NCBI GenBank assembly: GCA_900541505.1
Contig: UQKK01000007.1
Coordinates: 2,650-66,649 of the forward strand
DNA: 64,000 nucleotides
Direction: 5' to 3'
Source of the DNA: an uncultured Ruminococcus sp.
GTDB taxonomy: Bacteria; Bacillota; Clostridia; Lachnospirales; Lachnospiraceae
The stretch's first letter is position 1; the number at the start of each line of letters is the position of its first letter. Positions 1 through 9,463 of the stretch are shown here, piece by piece. The translations under genes and the position numbers were made by a program. The notes beneath the pieces were generated by a model that ran no database searches, had not been told where the DNA came from, and saw nothing but the letters and a program-made list of their open reading frames with translations.

Positions 1-580
1 AACATTCACACACATTTTTCACGAAATTATTAATCATTTTCGTGCCTTCTGCGGTGTGAAGCACCTCCGGGTGGAACTGGATTGCGTACAGCTTCTCCGC
101 CTCGTTTTCAGCCGCAGCCACCGGACAGTCCGCTGTGTGGGCGGAAATCTCAAATCCCGGAGCGGTTTGCTTGATATAATCGAAGTGACTCATCCAGCAG
201 ACGGTAGGAGTGGAAACTCCCTCAAACACTTTAGACTCTGTTTTATCGATGAGTACTTCTGTCTTTCCATATTCTCTGACATCCGCGCGGGTCACCTCGC
301 CGCCCAGCACATGCATCATAAGCTGTGCGCCGTAGCACAGTCCCAGCACGGGAATCCCAAGCTTGAACAGTTCATCTGTATAAGTCGGTGAATCTGCTTC
401 GTAGCAGCTGTTCGGACCTCCTGTAAGGATGATACCTTTTGGGTTCATTTTTTTGATGGTTTCGATGTCTGTCTTGTAGGAGTAGATTTCACAATATACA
501 TTGCACTCCCTGACACGTCTTGCGACCAATTGATTATACTGCCCGCCAAAATCAAGGACAATCACTAATTCATTCTTCAA
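1..580 (-). CDS. guaA: GMP synthase (glutamine-hydrolysing), N-terminal glutamine amidotransferase part. The gene continues beyond the window start.
   Basis: Minus-strand translation [35 protein letters not shown]...[14 protein letters not shown]...IQFHPEV is a classic GuaA class-I GATase N-terminus. TTG start at 578-580, preceded by AGGAGG at good spacing. The plus-strand ORF 56..391 is a shadow ORF. Confidence 0.85.
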   Translation of the reverse strand, partial: MKNELVIVLDFGGQYNQLVARRVRECNVYCEIYSYKTDIETIKKMNPKGIILTGGPNSCYEADSPTYTDELFKLGIPVLGLCYGAQLMMHVLGGEVTRADVREYGKTEVLIDKTESKVFEGVSTPTVCWMSHFDYIKQTAPGFEISAHTADCPVAAAENEAEKLYAIQFHPEVLHTAEGTKMINNFVKNVCEC

Positions 581-800
581 GGCTTTCCTCCTGTTATCCT
601 CAATATTTTCTTTTGTTTACAACGGAAATATCCCTGTCATCTCTGCCTGGCTCTCGTGTACTGACAGGACTCCTGTTCCTTTATTATAAGTGAGCCCAAG
701 CGGTTTTACAAGCTTTCTTTCCATTTCTCAAATGCTTTATCCTGCCGTTTTCTAAATGCCTCGCCCATTTGCCGCCCGGATACTGCTTTTTTACGATTTT

Positions 801-2162
801 CTATATACTCCGAATCAGCTTCCACTTTCCGTTCTTATACCGCAGGCTCATAAACAGAGCGCGCACGCACCAGTCTATGACCATGGCGACCCAGACTCCG
901 AATACGCCAAGTCCTAAGTATCCTCCCAGCACATAGCTGAAAGCGATACGGAAAATCCACATAGAAAGCAGTGCGATAATCATCGTAACCTGCGCATCTC
1001 CCGCTGCGCGTAAGGTCGCGGGAAGGGAGAATGATATGGGCCAGATAATCATACAGCTCACGCTGTGGAAATACAGGATTTTCTTTGTCATCTCTGCCGT
1101 GACATCCGACAGGTTATATGCGTGCAGGATTACCGGGAGCAGTAAGAATATAATCAGATTCACCGCCCAGATACACACATAGGTCAGTTTGATTAATTTC
1201 TTTGTAAAATACTGTGCCTGCTCGTAATCTCCTGCCCCTACGCACCTCGCAATGACCGCTGTGATGGCAAGACCGATTGCCATACCCGGCAGGATTTGAA
1301 AATTCGCTACCGCATTGCTGACCGCGTTTGCCGCAATCGCATAAGTGCCAAATGTGGAGACCAGACTCAGCACGATAATTTTTCCTAACTGAAACATGCT
1401 GTTCTCCAGACCGTTTGGAATCCCGATTCCCAGAATCCTGCGAATCATCCTCCAGTCCGGTCTGTAGCGCAGCGTTCTCTCTATATGTATCAATCTCTTT
1501 TCCTGTGCCAGCAGCGCAATGATAAGTACAGTCGCCGTGATTCTGGACACCAGTGTGGGGATAGCAACCCCTTCTGTCCCCCGGTGAAATCCATAGATTA
1601 AAATGGCATTTCCCGTGATATTGATGATATTCATGATGATAGATACCTGCATGGACACTTTGGAGTTGCCCATGACGCGGAAAATTGCCGCTCCGCCATT
1701 ATAGAGAGCGATAAATGGAATCGATGCCGTAACAATCAGCAGGTAAGTATTTGCGTGTCCCATCACGTCTGCATCAATCTGCCCGAACACCACATGCAGG
1801 ATAAACCATTTCGCCAGATAAATTCCCGCCATGATAATCAGCGATAGGATTGTGATAAACCATACCATCTGTGTCGCCGCCTTGCAGGACTCCTTCTCAT
1901 TTTTCTGTCCCAGATACTGTCCGGCGATAACCGCGCCGCCTGTCGCCAGCGCCGCAAACGCATTGATAAACAATATCATAATGTTGTCCACCAGGGAAAC
2001 CCCTGATACTGCCGCTTCCCCTACGCTGGCAACCATGATGGAATCCGCCATCCCCACAAACACCGCCAGAAGCTGTTCGATGATAAGCGGGATGATAAGC
2101 GCTGTCAGCGCCTTATTATCAAACAGCAGCTTTGACTTATCAATTTGATTCTTCCTCATCAT
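801..2162 (-). CDS. MATE family efflux transporter
   Basis: Twelve-TM-like hydrophobic protein with MATE-type motifs (IIPLIIEQLL..VGMADSIMVASVG..). Start taken at MMRKNQ, which has a GAAGGA RBS; the longer ORF has an arginine-rich, non-native-looking N-terminal extension. Confidence 0.85.
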   Translation of the reverse strand: MMRKNQIDKSKLLFDNKALTALIIPLIIEQLLAVFVGMADSIMVASVGEAAVSGVSLVDNIMILFINAFAALATGGAVIAGQYLGQKNEKESCKAATQMVWFITILSLIIMAGIYLAKWFILHVVFGQIDADVMGHANTYLLIVTASIPFIALYNGGAAIFRVMGNSKVSMQVSIIMNIINITGNAILIYGFHRGTEGVAIPTLVSRITATVLIIALLAQEKRLIHIERTLRYRPDWRMIRRILGIGIPNGLENSMFQLGKIIVLSLVSTFGTYAIAANAVSNAVANFQILPGMAIGLAITAVIARCVGAGDYEQAQYFTKKLIKLTYVCIWAVNLIIFLLLPVILHAYNLSDVTAEMTKKILYFHSVSCMIIWPISFSLPATLRAAGDAQVTMIIALLSMWIFRIAFSYVLGGYLGLGVFGVWVAMVIDWCVRALFMSLRYKNGKWKLIRSI

Positions 2163-2419
2163 TTTTCCTTCTCTCTTTATCCTTTTGATTCTGCGCCCCT
2201 GCCTGCGCAATCGCTTTAGCGACATGTTACCTCATGCGCTCGTGTGCTCTTCGTTCCACTTCGGTCGGCGCAGAACAAATGTCCCCCGGACATTTTGCGC
2301 CCCACCCGGAGGGCTTTTTATTGTATAGGAAATTCGGAATAATTTCCTATACAATAAAAAACTCCCCAACGTTTATCATACGCCGGGAAGCCTTTTTGTA
2401 CAAGCCTTACTTTGCAATG

Positions 2420-2647
2420 CTATGCCGCATATCTGGAAATTTCCTGTTTCAGTTCCTCACAGTTCTCTCCATATACCTGCAGCTCAATTATATTGTTAAT
2501 ACCAAGGTGCATGATGCCTAACAGGGATTTCGCATCTACCACGATTCTACCTTTCCTTAAGTCCATGTCGAAATCATATTTGGAAACTGTGTTTACAAAA
2601 TCAAGAATTTCCTCCGGATTTTTAAATGTAATTTTCATTTCACTCAT
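2420..2647 (-). CDS. HPr-like phosphocarrier-domain protein lacking the catalytic His15 (regulatory-Ser region retained)
   Basis: 75 aa. ...GRIVVDAKSLLGIMHLGINNIIEL resembles the HPr/Crh Ser46 region (KSIMGxMSLG). There is no GLHARP His motif. AAAGAGGAGAG RBS. Confidence 0.55.
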   Translation of the reverse strand: MSEMKITFKNPEEILDFVNTVSKYDFDMDLRKGRIVVDAKSLLGIMHLGINNIIELQVYGENCEELKQEISRYAA

Positions 2648-2673
2648 GATTCATCTCTCCTCTTTTTAACTTC

Positions 2674-2706
2674 TTCAAGACTCGCCCGCGAGTCTTGGCG
2701 CGGGAG
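2674..2706. repeat. 33-bp GC-rich hairpin repeat, copy 1 (ttcaagactcgcccgcgagtcttggcgcgggag)
   Basis: Identical 33-mer also at 28920-28952. Two overlapping, mutually exclusive inverted repeats (CAAGACTCG/CGAGTCTTG and CCCGCG/CGCGGG). Sits ~27 nt upstream of the HPr-like gene start. Confidence 0.7.
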
Positions 2707-2816
2707 TCATCTCCCTCTGATATAGTATTACGCAAGCTTTCCTCTCGAAGTTATTGGCATCATATCACAAATTTTGGAAATAAAAAGGGAGAAATTTCTA
2801 AAAAAGGGGGAATAAT

Positions 2817-4349
2817 TTAATGGACTGACTTCCGAAATTCGTTGGGAAGCACCCCCACTTCCTCTTTAAATACCTTACTCATGTACTTCGGGTCCGAGTA
2901 TCCTGAGAGCTCCGCAATCTGGTTTAATTTCAAATGTGTATTCAAAAGCAGCTCTTTGACCTTTTCAATGCGGTATCTGCGCACTGTCTCGCTGAAGCTC
3001 GCCCCGGTCTCTTTTTTAAACTGTTTGCTTAAATATTCTTCGGTCACGAAAAGGCGGTTGGCAATCTCCTCCAGGGTGATTCCTTGGTCATAATAGCGTC
3101 TTAAAAGTTTCTTTGCCTTGCGCACGAGCACACTGGTCTGTGCGTCCTCCTCTTCCTCATCTGTTCTAAACGGCAGGAGCTTAAAGAAGTTCTCCATAGC
3201 GCTCCGTATCTGTCCCCAGCTTATCGCCGCGGCGATGGTCTGCATGATTTCCTGAATCTCCAGCTCCGACTCAAGTTCTCTGATGGTCTTATAGGCGTTC
3301 ACCACCGAGAGATTATACCGGATGAGCGTCTCCTTGATTTCTCTGGGTTCATGGGGTTCTCCCTGAAAATAGTCATACAGTTTATAATAGCAGTTTGCCA
3401 GCTTCTTCGTATCAGCGCTAAGGACTGCCTGCCTCGCCTGCTCTTCCAGTTCAATCGGGTATTTCAGAGGAACCGGGCGGATAGATTCAATGTCTTCCTT
3501 GCGTATCAGAACCCCGCGGTCAAACAGAAGGTTCCACTCCCTGTCATTCTGTATGTCTTTGAGCACTTCCACCGCCTCCACCAGATGCTCTGCCTCACGC
3601 CAGATACAGATAACCGGGCATTTCAGAGAGACACACAGCATCGGGACAACGGATTTCTGGAAATACTCGAACCTGGATTTTCCGTCTGTGATACGGTACA
3701 GCACCATGATAAGCAAAGACCAGGCATCCGATTCTATGATATGTACAGAAAAATCCAGTGCATGTTCCCCCACCCTTTCTAACTGTGCCCTTACCTCCTG
3801 CTTGCAGTCATTGTACCGGTCTCCCATCCAGACAATAAAAAGCTGTGCCTTATCCTCCACGGTAAACCCGTATTTTTCCTTTGTCATCTCGTGAAATTTC
3901 TCATCCGGGTGGAGCTGTCCATTGAGGCAGCCCATGAAAATGTTATCCAGAGAGAAGGCGGACTCCTTGCTCTGCTCACGGGAACGTTTCTCTTCAATCA
4001 GAGACAAGGCATTCCTCAACTCCGCAATCTTGATGGGTTTTAACAGATAGTTTTCAATTCCCAGCTCAATTGCCTGCTTTGCGTAATTAAAGTCAGAGTA
4101 CGCAGTGAGCACCAGCACCCGGCAGTCTATTTTCTCCCGGCGCAGTTTCTCCAGCATCTGAAGTCCGTTCATCCCGGGCATCTGGATATCCAGTATCACC
4201 AGGTCGGGACATTCCTTTTTAATTAAGTCATACCCTTCTCTGCCGTCCTTTGCCGTGCCGACCACTTCATAGTCGGGATTAATCCTGGCGAGTATCTTCG
4301 CCATCCCTTCCCGGATGGGCGCCTCGTCCTCTATGACTGCGATTCGCAT
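2817..4349 (-). CDS. Two-component response regulator, REC + AraC-type HTH (YesN-like)
   Basis: N-terminal REC (MRIAVIEDEAPIREG...LVILDIQMPGMNG), C-terminal AraC HTH (IANRLFVTEEYLSKQFKKETG...). GGAAGGAGG RBS. Overlaps the upstream kinase stop. Confidence 0.85.
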   Translation of the reverse strand: MRIAVIEDEAPIREGMAKILARINPDYEVVGTAKDGREGYDLIKKECPDLVILDIQMPGMNGLQMLEKLRREKIDCRVLVLTAYSDFNYAKQAIELGIENYLLKPIKIAELRNALSLIEEKRSREQSKESAFSLDNIFMGCLNGQLHPDEKFHEMTKEKYGFTVEDKAQLFIVWMGDRYNDCKQEVRAQLERVGEHALDFSVHIIESDAWSLLIMVLYRITDGKSRFEYFQKSVVPMLCVSLKCPVICIWREAEHLVEAVEVLKDIQNDREWNLLFDRGVLIRKEDIESIRPVPLKYPIELEEQARQAVLSADTKKLANCYYKLYDYFQGEPHEPREIKETLIRYNLSVVNAYKTIRELESELEIQEIMQTIAAAISWGQIRSAMENFFKLLPFRTDEEEEDAQTSVLVRKAKKLLRRYYDQGITLEEIANRLFVTEEYLSKQFKKETGASFSETVRRYRIEKVKELLLNTHLKLNQIAELSGYSDPKYMSKVFKEEVGVLPNEFRKSVH

Positions 4350-6055
4350 GTTTCTTCCTCCTTCCCCGGAATGAACAGATGCACCTTTGTGAAACTGTCC
4401 TTTTCACTCTCAAAATAGAGCGTCGCCTGTCCTCCATAATAAAGCTTCAGACGCTTCCTCACATTTCCAACTCCCATATGCCCGTCCAGCTCGGTCTTTT
4501 CATCATTGAGCTCTGCAAGTTTCTCCGGCGGGATATGCCTGCCGCTGTTTCCTATCATAATGTGGAGCTGGTCTTCCGACTCTTTGATTTGAATCAAGAG
4601 GACATCCTGTTCTTCCTCTCCCGTAAATCCATGCCGGATGGCATTTTCCACCAGCGGCTGCAGCAATAGCTTATGGATTTTGTATCCGAGTAGCCTGTCC
4701 GGCACCTGTATCCTCACATCTATTTTTCTGCCCTTCTTCGCATCCTGGAGAAGGATGTATTCCTTCAGCCAGCTCAGTTCCTGCTGAATTGTGGTCTTTT
4801 CTCCCATGTTATACACGGTATACCTAAGGATGTCAGCCAGAGCGCCCACCATCTCGCTGATTTCATACTGTTCATTCTCAATCGCCTTCCAGTTGATAGT
4901 ATCCAGTGTATTATAGAGAAAATGAGGGTCTATCTGTGCCTCCAATGCGTAGAGTTCAGCGTTTTTCTGTTCCACGACCGCCTGCTTTACCTGCTCCATC
5001 AGCGTCTCAATGTGGGAGAGCATCTCATTAAATCCGCGCTCAATCTTTTGAATCTCCTCCGGCATTTTCTCATCTTCCCTGATTTTCACGGAGAAATCTC
5101 CATTTTCCACATTCGTCATAACAGTAAGACATTCCTCCACCACTCTGCTGTATGGTCTGGTCAGTCTGTAAATCAGTAAAACCATGGTAGAAATAGCGGC
5201 AATCGACACTAGAATCAGAAGCAGCAATTGTTTATCAAGCATTTGATGATAGACAGAAAGCGGCTGTACATTTAAAATCGTAAATCCGGTCATCTCATTT
5301 TCTGCCCCGGTATATCTGTAGTTTTTGTTGTCCGACACCTCTGACAAGTCCTTACCTATCAGAGACGTATCTGACGCGCTGATAACCGTCTCCCCATCCA
5401 GCAGATAGCTTTCCGTATTGATTCCCGCTGACAGTGCTTCCTGAATAATCTGTTCATTGATACTAAAGACCACGGTTCCCAGATTTCTGTTGATATCCCT
5501 TTCATCTATGAAATCTCTCGATATCTGAAACAGATAAATCTCCTGCCCGTTTGTCTCCACGGGAGCTGTCAGCCCCTGACAGATTTCCCCCTCTCCGTAT
5601 TCTGGAATATCCACAGCCCCTGCCCACGTACTGTCAACGGAGGATATATTCAGACGGTCATAGAAAAGGATGGTGCCGTCCGGCAGGCGCACTGTCACTC
5701 CCTCAATCCCGGAATTGCTGTTGCAGATATGGCTCATTTGCCTGCGGATAGCTGCTTTATCTTCATCAGAGAGCATACCCTGGGATTCGATTCTGTCCAA
5801 TATCATGATGACACCTTCATCTGTACAGAAATCATAGAGAAGTGTACGGTACTTGTCCACTGTCATATCAAAGCACTGATTCGAACTGAGCAGATTGCTT
5901 TCTATCTGCTGCTCTACATTTTCCCTCATTCCCATCCAGAAATTTATCTGAGAAAAAAGGGCAAATATCAAAACAGGAATCAAAGCCGCCAGCGCAAATC
6001 CCCGAATCAGTCTCTGTCTTAATGTTCTGTCTCTCTTAACTGCTCTCGTTATCAT
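4331..6055 (-). CDS. Sensor histidine kinase (YesM / LytS-type His_kinase + HATPase)
   Basis: TM segment, HAMP-like region, QIDPHFLYNTLDTI H-box (Pfam His_kinase-type), C-terminal HATPase. Start chosen at MITRAVKRDR, which has a GGTGAAAGAGG RBS; the ORF-track start at 6100 lacks an RBS. Confidence 0.8.
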   Translation of the reverse strand: MITRAVKRDRTLRQRLIRGFALAALIPVLIFALFSQINFWMGMRENVEQQIESNLLSSNQCFDMTVDKYRTLLYDFCTDEGVIMILDRIESQGMLSDEDKAAIRRQMSHICNSNSGIEGVTVRLPDGTILFYDRLNISSVDSTWAGAVDIPEYGEGEICQGLTAPVETNGQEIYLFQISRDFIDERDINRNLGTVVFSINEQIIQEALSAGINTESYLLDGETVISASDTSLIGKDLSEVSDNKNYRYTGAENEMTGFTILNVQPLSVYHQMLDKQLLLLILVSIAAISTMVLLIYRLTRPYSRVVEECLTVMTNVENGDFSVKIREDEKMPEEIQKIERGFNEMLSHIETLMEQVKQAVVEQKNAELYALEAQIDPHFLYNTLDTINWKAIENEQYEISEMVGALADILRYTVYNMGEKTTIQQELSWLKEYILLQDAKKGRKIDVRIQVPDRLLGYKIHKLLLQPLVENAIRHGFTGEEEQDVLLIQIKESEDQLHIMIGNSGRHIPPEKLAELNDEKTELDGHMGVGNVRKRLKLYYGGQATLYFESEKDSFTKVHLFIPGKEEETCESQS

Positions 6056-6282
6056 GTTTCCTCTTTCACCTTTTTGGAATCCGGTTCTGCGCCTCTTCAT
6101 TTCTTCTGTAACGCAGAACGCGGATTTTCAAACTATTTTTTGCCTGCGTTTATTATAGCATGCAATCTATCGGAAAATCACTCCTTTCGTGACAATACCG
6201 GAGGTTTTTTATTCTATAGGACAGTCCAAAGGACTTTCCTCTGAAAATAAAATAAGCCACAGCCTCCGCTGTGACTCATTTA

Positions 6283-7119
6283 TTATCCTTTTACCGCGCC
6301 TGCCGCCACGCCTTTGATGATATGTTTCTGGCAGGACAGGTAGAATATGATGACCGGTATGACCGCCAAAATCAATGCCGCCATAATTGCACCCATATCC
6401 ACGCGCCCGTAGCTTCCCTTCATATACTGGATTGCGATGGAAATTGTCTTATATTTATTCAAATCCAGCACAAGGTACGGAAGCAGGAAATCGTTCCAAA
6501 TCCACATGGTCTCCAGGATTCCCACGGAAATGTAAGTCGGCTTCATGATGGGGAGCACCACGTTGAAAAAGGTGCGCAGCGGCGTACAGCCGTCTATCAT
6601 TGCCGCCTCCTCGATTTCCAACGGTATGGATTTCACAAATCCGCAGAACATAAACACCGCCAGACCTGCTCCGAATCCCAGGTATATGATGATGATTCCC
6701 CAAGGTGTGTTGAGCCTTGTGCGGTCCGCCACCAGGGAAAGGGTGAACATTACCATCTGGAACGGTACAACCATGGAGAATACGCACAGCAGATACAGTG
6801 CCTTTGTAAATTTTGTCTTTACTCTTGTAATATACCATGCACACATGGAGGTACATACGAGAATGACCAGTACAGAGCCGACTGTGATGAACACGGTCCA
6901 TCCCACCGCGCTGAGCAGCTCATATTTGTCAATTGCCGTCAGATAGTTCTCTATGCTGTTCCAAGTCTTCTCTGTGGGCAGCGTAAACGGCTCTTTATTG
7001 ATATACACTTTTTTCTTAAAGGAGTTCATAAGTACAATCAGTATGGGCGCGATATATACCAGTCCCAGAATGGTAAACACAACTGTGCCAATCATACTCA
7101 GTCCCTGTTTCTTTTTCAT
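6283..7119 (-). CDS. Carbohydrate ABC transporter permease (MalG/AraQ-like)
   Basis: Six TM segments, EAAMIDGCTPLRTF signature (EAA loop). AGGAGGTG RBS. Confidence 0.9.
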   Translation of the reverse strand: MKKKQGLSMIGTVVFTILGLVYIAPILIVLMNSFKKKVYINKEPFTLPTEKTWNSIENYLTAIDKYELLSAVGWTVFITVGSVLVILVCTSMCAWYITRVKTKFTKALYLLCVFSMVVPFQMVMFTLSLVADRTRLNTPWGIIIIYLGFGAGLAVFMFCGFVKSIPLEIEEAAMIDGCTPLRTFFNVVLPIMKPTYISVGILETMWIWNDFLLPYLVLDLNKYKTISIAIQYMKGSYGRVDMGAIMAALILAVIPVIIFYLSCQKHIIKGVAAGAVKG

Positions 7120-7962
7120 TTACTGCTGCACCTCCTTTGAGCGTGTCGCCCGAAGCTGTATCATGCCAATAGCGACCACGATAACGAAGAAAATGACTGC
7201 CTTCGCCTGACCAACACCTTCCCATCCGGTACGCCCATAGAATGTATTAAAGATATTGAGCGCCATCAACTCTGACATCTTCGAAGGCTCTCCTGCTGTC
7301 AGAGACAGGTTCTGGTCGAACAGCTTAAATCCATTCGTGATGGACAGGAACATACATATCGTGATGGACGGCATCATCATGGGAATCGTCACCTTGAAAA
7401 GCCGCTGGATTCCGGAAGCTCCGTCAATCTGGGCTGCCTCCATCACGTCCCCCGGTATGGACTGGAGTCCGGCGATATAAATAATCATCATATATCCAAT
7501 CTGCTGCCAGCTCACCAGGATAATCAATCCCCAGAACCCGTACCACTCATTGAGACTGAGCGCTGTACTGTATTTCGCCAATACGCCGTTGAAAATCAAC
7601 TGCCAGATATAGCCCAGTACGATACCGCCAATCAGGTTCGGCATAAAGAAGATGGTTCGGAAAATATTAGTTCCGCGCATCTTCTGTGTCAGTGCCATGG
7701 CGAGCGCGAACGCAATCACATTGATGACCACAAGTGACACCACAGCAAACAGTGCCGTAAACCAGAAGGAATGTCTGAATACGGTATCTTTCAGTGCATC
7801 TACATAATTCGAGATTCCCACAAACTTTGCATCCGTGACTGTGGTAAATTTACAGAAGGACAGCCATATTCCCATAATAAACGGAATAATAAAGCCCAAA
7901 ATAAATGCGCAGAATGTAGGAAGTACAAAAATCGGCATGTAGCGCCGAATCGCTTTTTCCAT
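7120..7962 (-). CDS. Carbohydrate ABC transporter permease (MalF/AraP-like)
   Basis: EAAQIDGASGIQRLFKVTIP EAA loop, multiple TM segments. Translationally coupled to the downstream permease. Confidence 0.9.
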   Translation of the reverse strand: MEKAIRRYMPIFVLPTFCAFILGFIIPFIMGIWLSFCKFTTVTDAKFVGISNYVDALKDTVFRHSFWFTALFAVVSLVVINVIAFALAMALTQKMRGTNIFRTIFFMPNLIGGIVLGYIWQLIFNGVLAKYSTALSLNEWYGFWGLIILVSWQQIGYMMIIYIAGLQSIPGDVMEAAQIDGASGIQRLFKVTIPMMMPSITICMFLSITNGFKLFDQNLSLTAGEPSKMSELMALNIFNTFYGRTGWEGVGQAKAVIFFVIVVAIGMIQLRATRSKEVQQ

Positions 7963-8043
7963 TTCATTACCCTCTTTCTGAAAGAGCGGCGTTCAGTTCA
8001 CTCTGCCCGCCGCTCTTTAACGTCTCTACCCTCTTTGGTGCCT

Positions 8044-9345
8044 CTATTTCGCTGCCGCTGCCTCTGTTGCCCATCCGTCAACGAACGCGCTCACAACTTT
8101 ATCCCAGTTCTCGTCTGTCTGGTCTGCCGCATATGCGGTAAGTGCAGAGCCTACGCCGTTCTTCCATTCTTCGGAAGGCATAGTTGAGAATGCCCATGTT
8201 ACAGGAGTCTTCCCTTCTTCCAGATACTTGTTTGCCTCATTTACAAGGACATTTTCAGATTCCAGATTGGAGGAGAAAGGAATGACAAATCCCATTTCCT
8301 TGCACATTGCCTCTACACCTTCATCGGAAGTTACACACCAGTTCATGAAGTCCAGTGTCGCCTGAATATCATCCTCTGAAGCCTTGGCGTTTACACACCA
8401 GTAGTTCTCTGTTCCTGTGCACACGCCCTGATTTTCCTCACCTTCCACACCGATGTAGATAGGCAGGATACCCAGATTCTCATCGCCGACATCCGCGATA
8501 TTGTTGTACTCCCATGTTCCGTTCTGATAGAATACCGCTTCCTCTGTCACGAAATCTGCTGTAGCGTCATCCGCTGTCTTTGTGGAAATCTCTGTCGGTT
8601 CACAGGTCGCATTGTTGATGTACAAATCCCAAACCTGACGGTAGTTGTCAAGATATGTTCCCTTGATTGCGTCTGTATTATTGATTCCATCTGCCTGATA
8701 TTCATAGTAGATTGGAAGGTTTGCAAGGTGTGTCTTGAATCTCCAGTCAGAAGAGCCGTCCATACCTGCGGATGTAAACGCGGAGAATCCAAGCTCATCC
8801 TTTCTGTCTGTGATATCTTCCACAACCTCTTTGAAGCTGTCAAAATCTGTGATGTCATCCGCGGTATATCCTGCCTCTTTCAGAAGCGCCTTGTTATAGA
8901 TGATACCGTAGTTCTCAATGACATACGCGATACCTGCCATCTTGTCCCCATCCATCAGGGCGAAACTGTCGTCCGTCAGCTCTCCCGCGATGTCAGAACC
9001 GGACAGGTCATAGCAGTAATCTGTCCAGCTTGCCAGTCCCACCGGACCGTTTACCTGGAATAAGGTCGGCGCGTCTGTCTTTGCCATCTCAGATTTCAAT
9101 GTCTTCTCATATTCTCCGGAAGCGGCTGTCAGAACTGTCACCGGCACGCCGGTCTCATCTGTATAAGTTTCAGCCAGTTCCTGCCAGTATTCATCTGCCT
9201 CCGGTTTAAAGTTCAGATAATATACTTTTCCTTTCGCGTCTGATGAAGCTTTGCTTCCTGAATCAGAACTGCTTCCGCATCCTGCTGCCAGTCCCGCTAC
9301 CATTGTCGCGGCAAGTACCACCGATAATACTTTTTTCTTTTTCAT
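8044..9345 (-). CDS. ABC transporter extracellular solute-binding lipoprotein (family 1)
   Basis: Start MKKKKVLSVVLAATMVAGLAAGCGSS gives a lipobox signal peptide. AAAGGTGAGG RBS. SBP_bac_1-like length and composition. Confidence 0.85.
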   Translation of the reverse strand: MKKKKVLSVVLAATMVAGLAAGCGSSSDSGSKASSDAKGKVYYLNFKPEADEYWQELAETYTDETGVPVTVLTAASGEYEKTLKSEMAKTDAPTLFQVNGPVGLASWTDYCYDLSGSDIAGELTDDSFALMDGDKMAGIAYVIENYGIIYNKALLKEAGYTADDITDFDSFKEVVEDITDRKDELGFSAFTSAGMDGSSDWRFKTHLANLPIYYEYQADGINNTDAIKGTYLDNYRQVWDLYINNATCEPTEISTKTADDATADFVTEEAVFYQNGTWEYNNIADVGDENLGILPIYIGVEGEENQGVCTGTENYWCVNAKASEDDIQATLDFMNWCVTSDEGVEAMCKEMGFVIPFSSNLESENVLVNEANKYLEEGKTPVTWAFSTMPSEEWKNGVGSALTAYAADQTDENWDKVVSAFVDGWATEAAAAK

Positions 9346-9463
9346 CTTGTTCCTCACCTTTCTGAAAACCTCTGTTTTCTTTGTTTATGAGGAAATTATA
9401 ACAGTCATGGTCTTTTATCTGATAACAATTAAAAAACCATGACTGCCAAAAATCATACATCCC

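Noticed and set aside
56-391. Plus-strand 111-aa ORF at the left edge
   Set aside because: Shadow ORF: the opposite strand encodes a clear GuaA GATase domain with RBS. The plus-strand product has no plausible composition or motifs.
581-800. Purine riboswitch upstream of guaA
   Set aside because: Only a plausible TTGTAA-17-TATAAT promoter and a short leader were seen. The purine aptamer motifs (GUUUCUACC / CCGUAAAU) are not convincingly present.
2318-2357. 17-bp palindrome as a rho-independent terminator of the HPr-like gene
   Set aside because: The stem is almost pure A/T and is followed by an A-tract on both strands, with no U-tract. Kept as a possible operator/cruciform instead.
6271-7140. 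Long antisense ORFs inside well-supported genes. Examples: 6271-7140 plus; 13583-14248 plus; 24876-25886 minus; 25540-26547 minus; 27007-27573 plus; 29960-30553 minus; 38284-38991 plus; 41090-41911 plus; 44503-46053 plus; 63183-63635 minus.
   Set aside because: Each lies entirely within, and antisense to, a gene with strong homology-level evidence. Cys/His/Arg-rich or low-complexity translations are typical of shadow frames in GC-balanced coding DNA.
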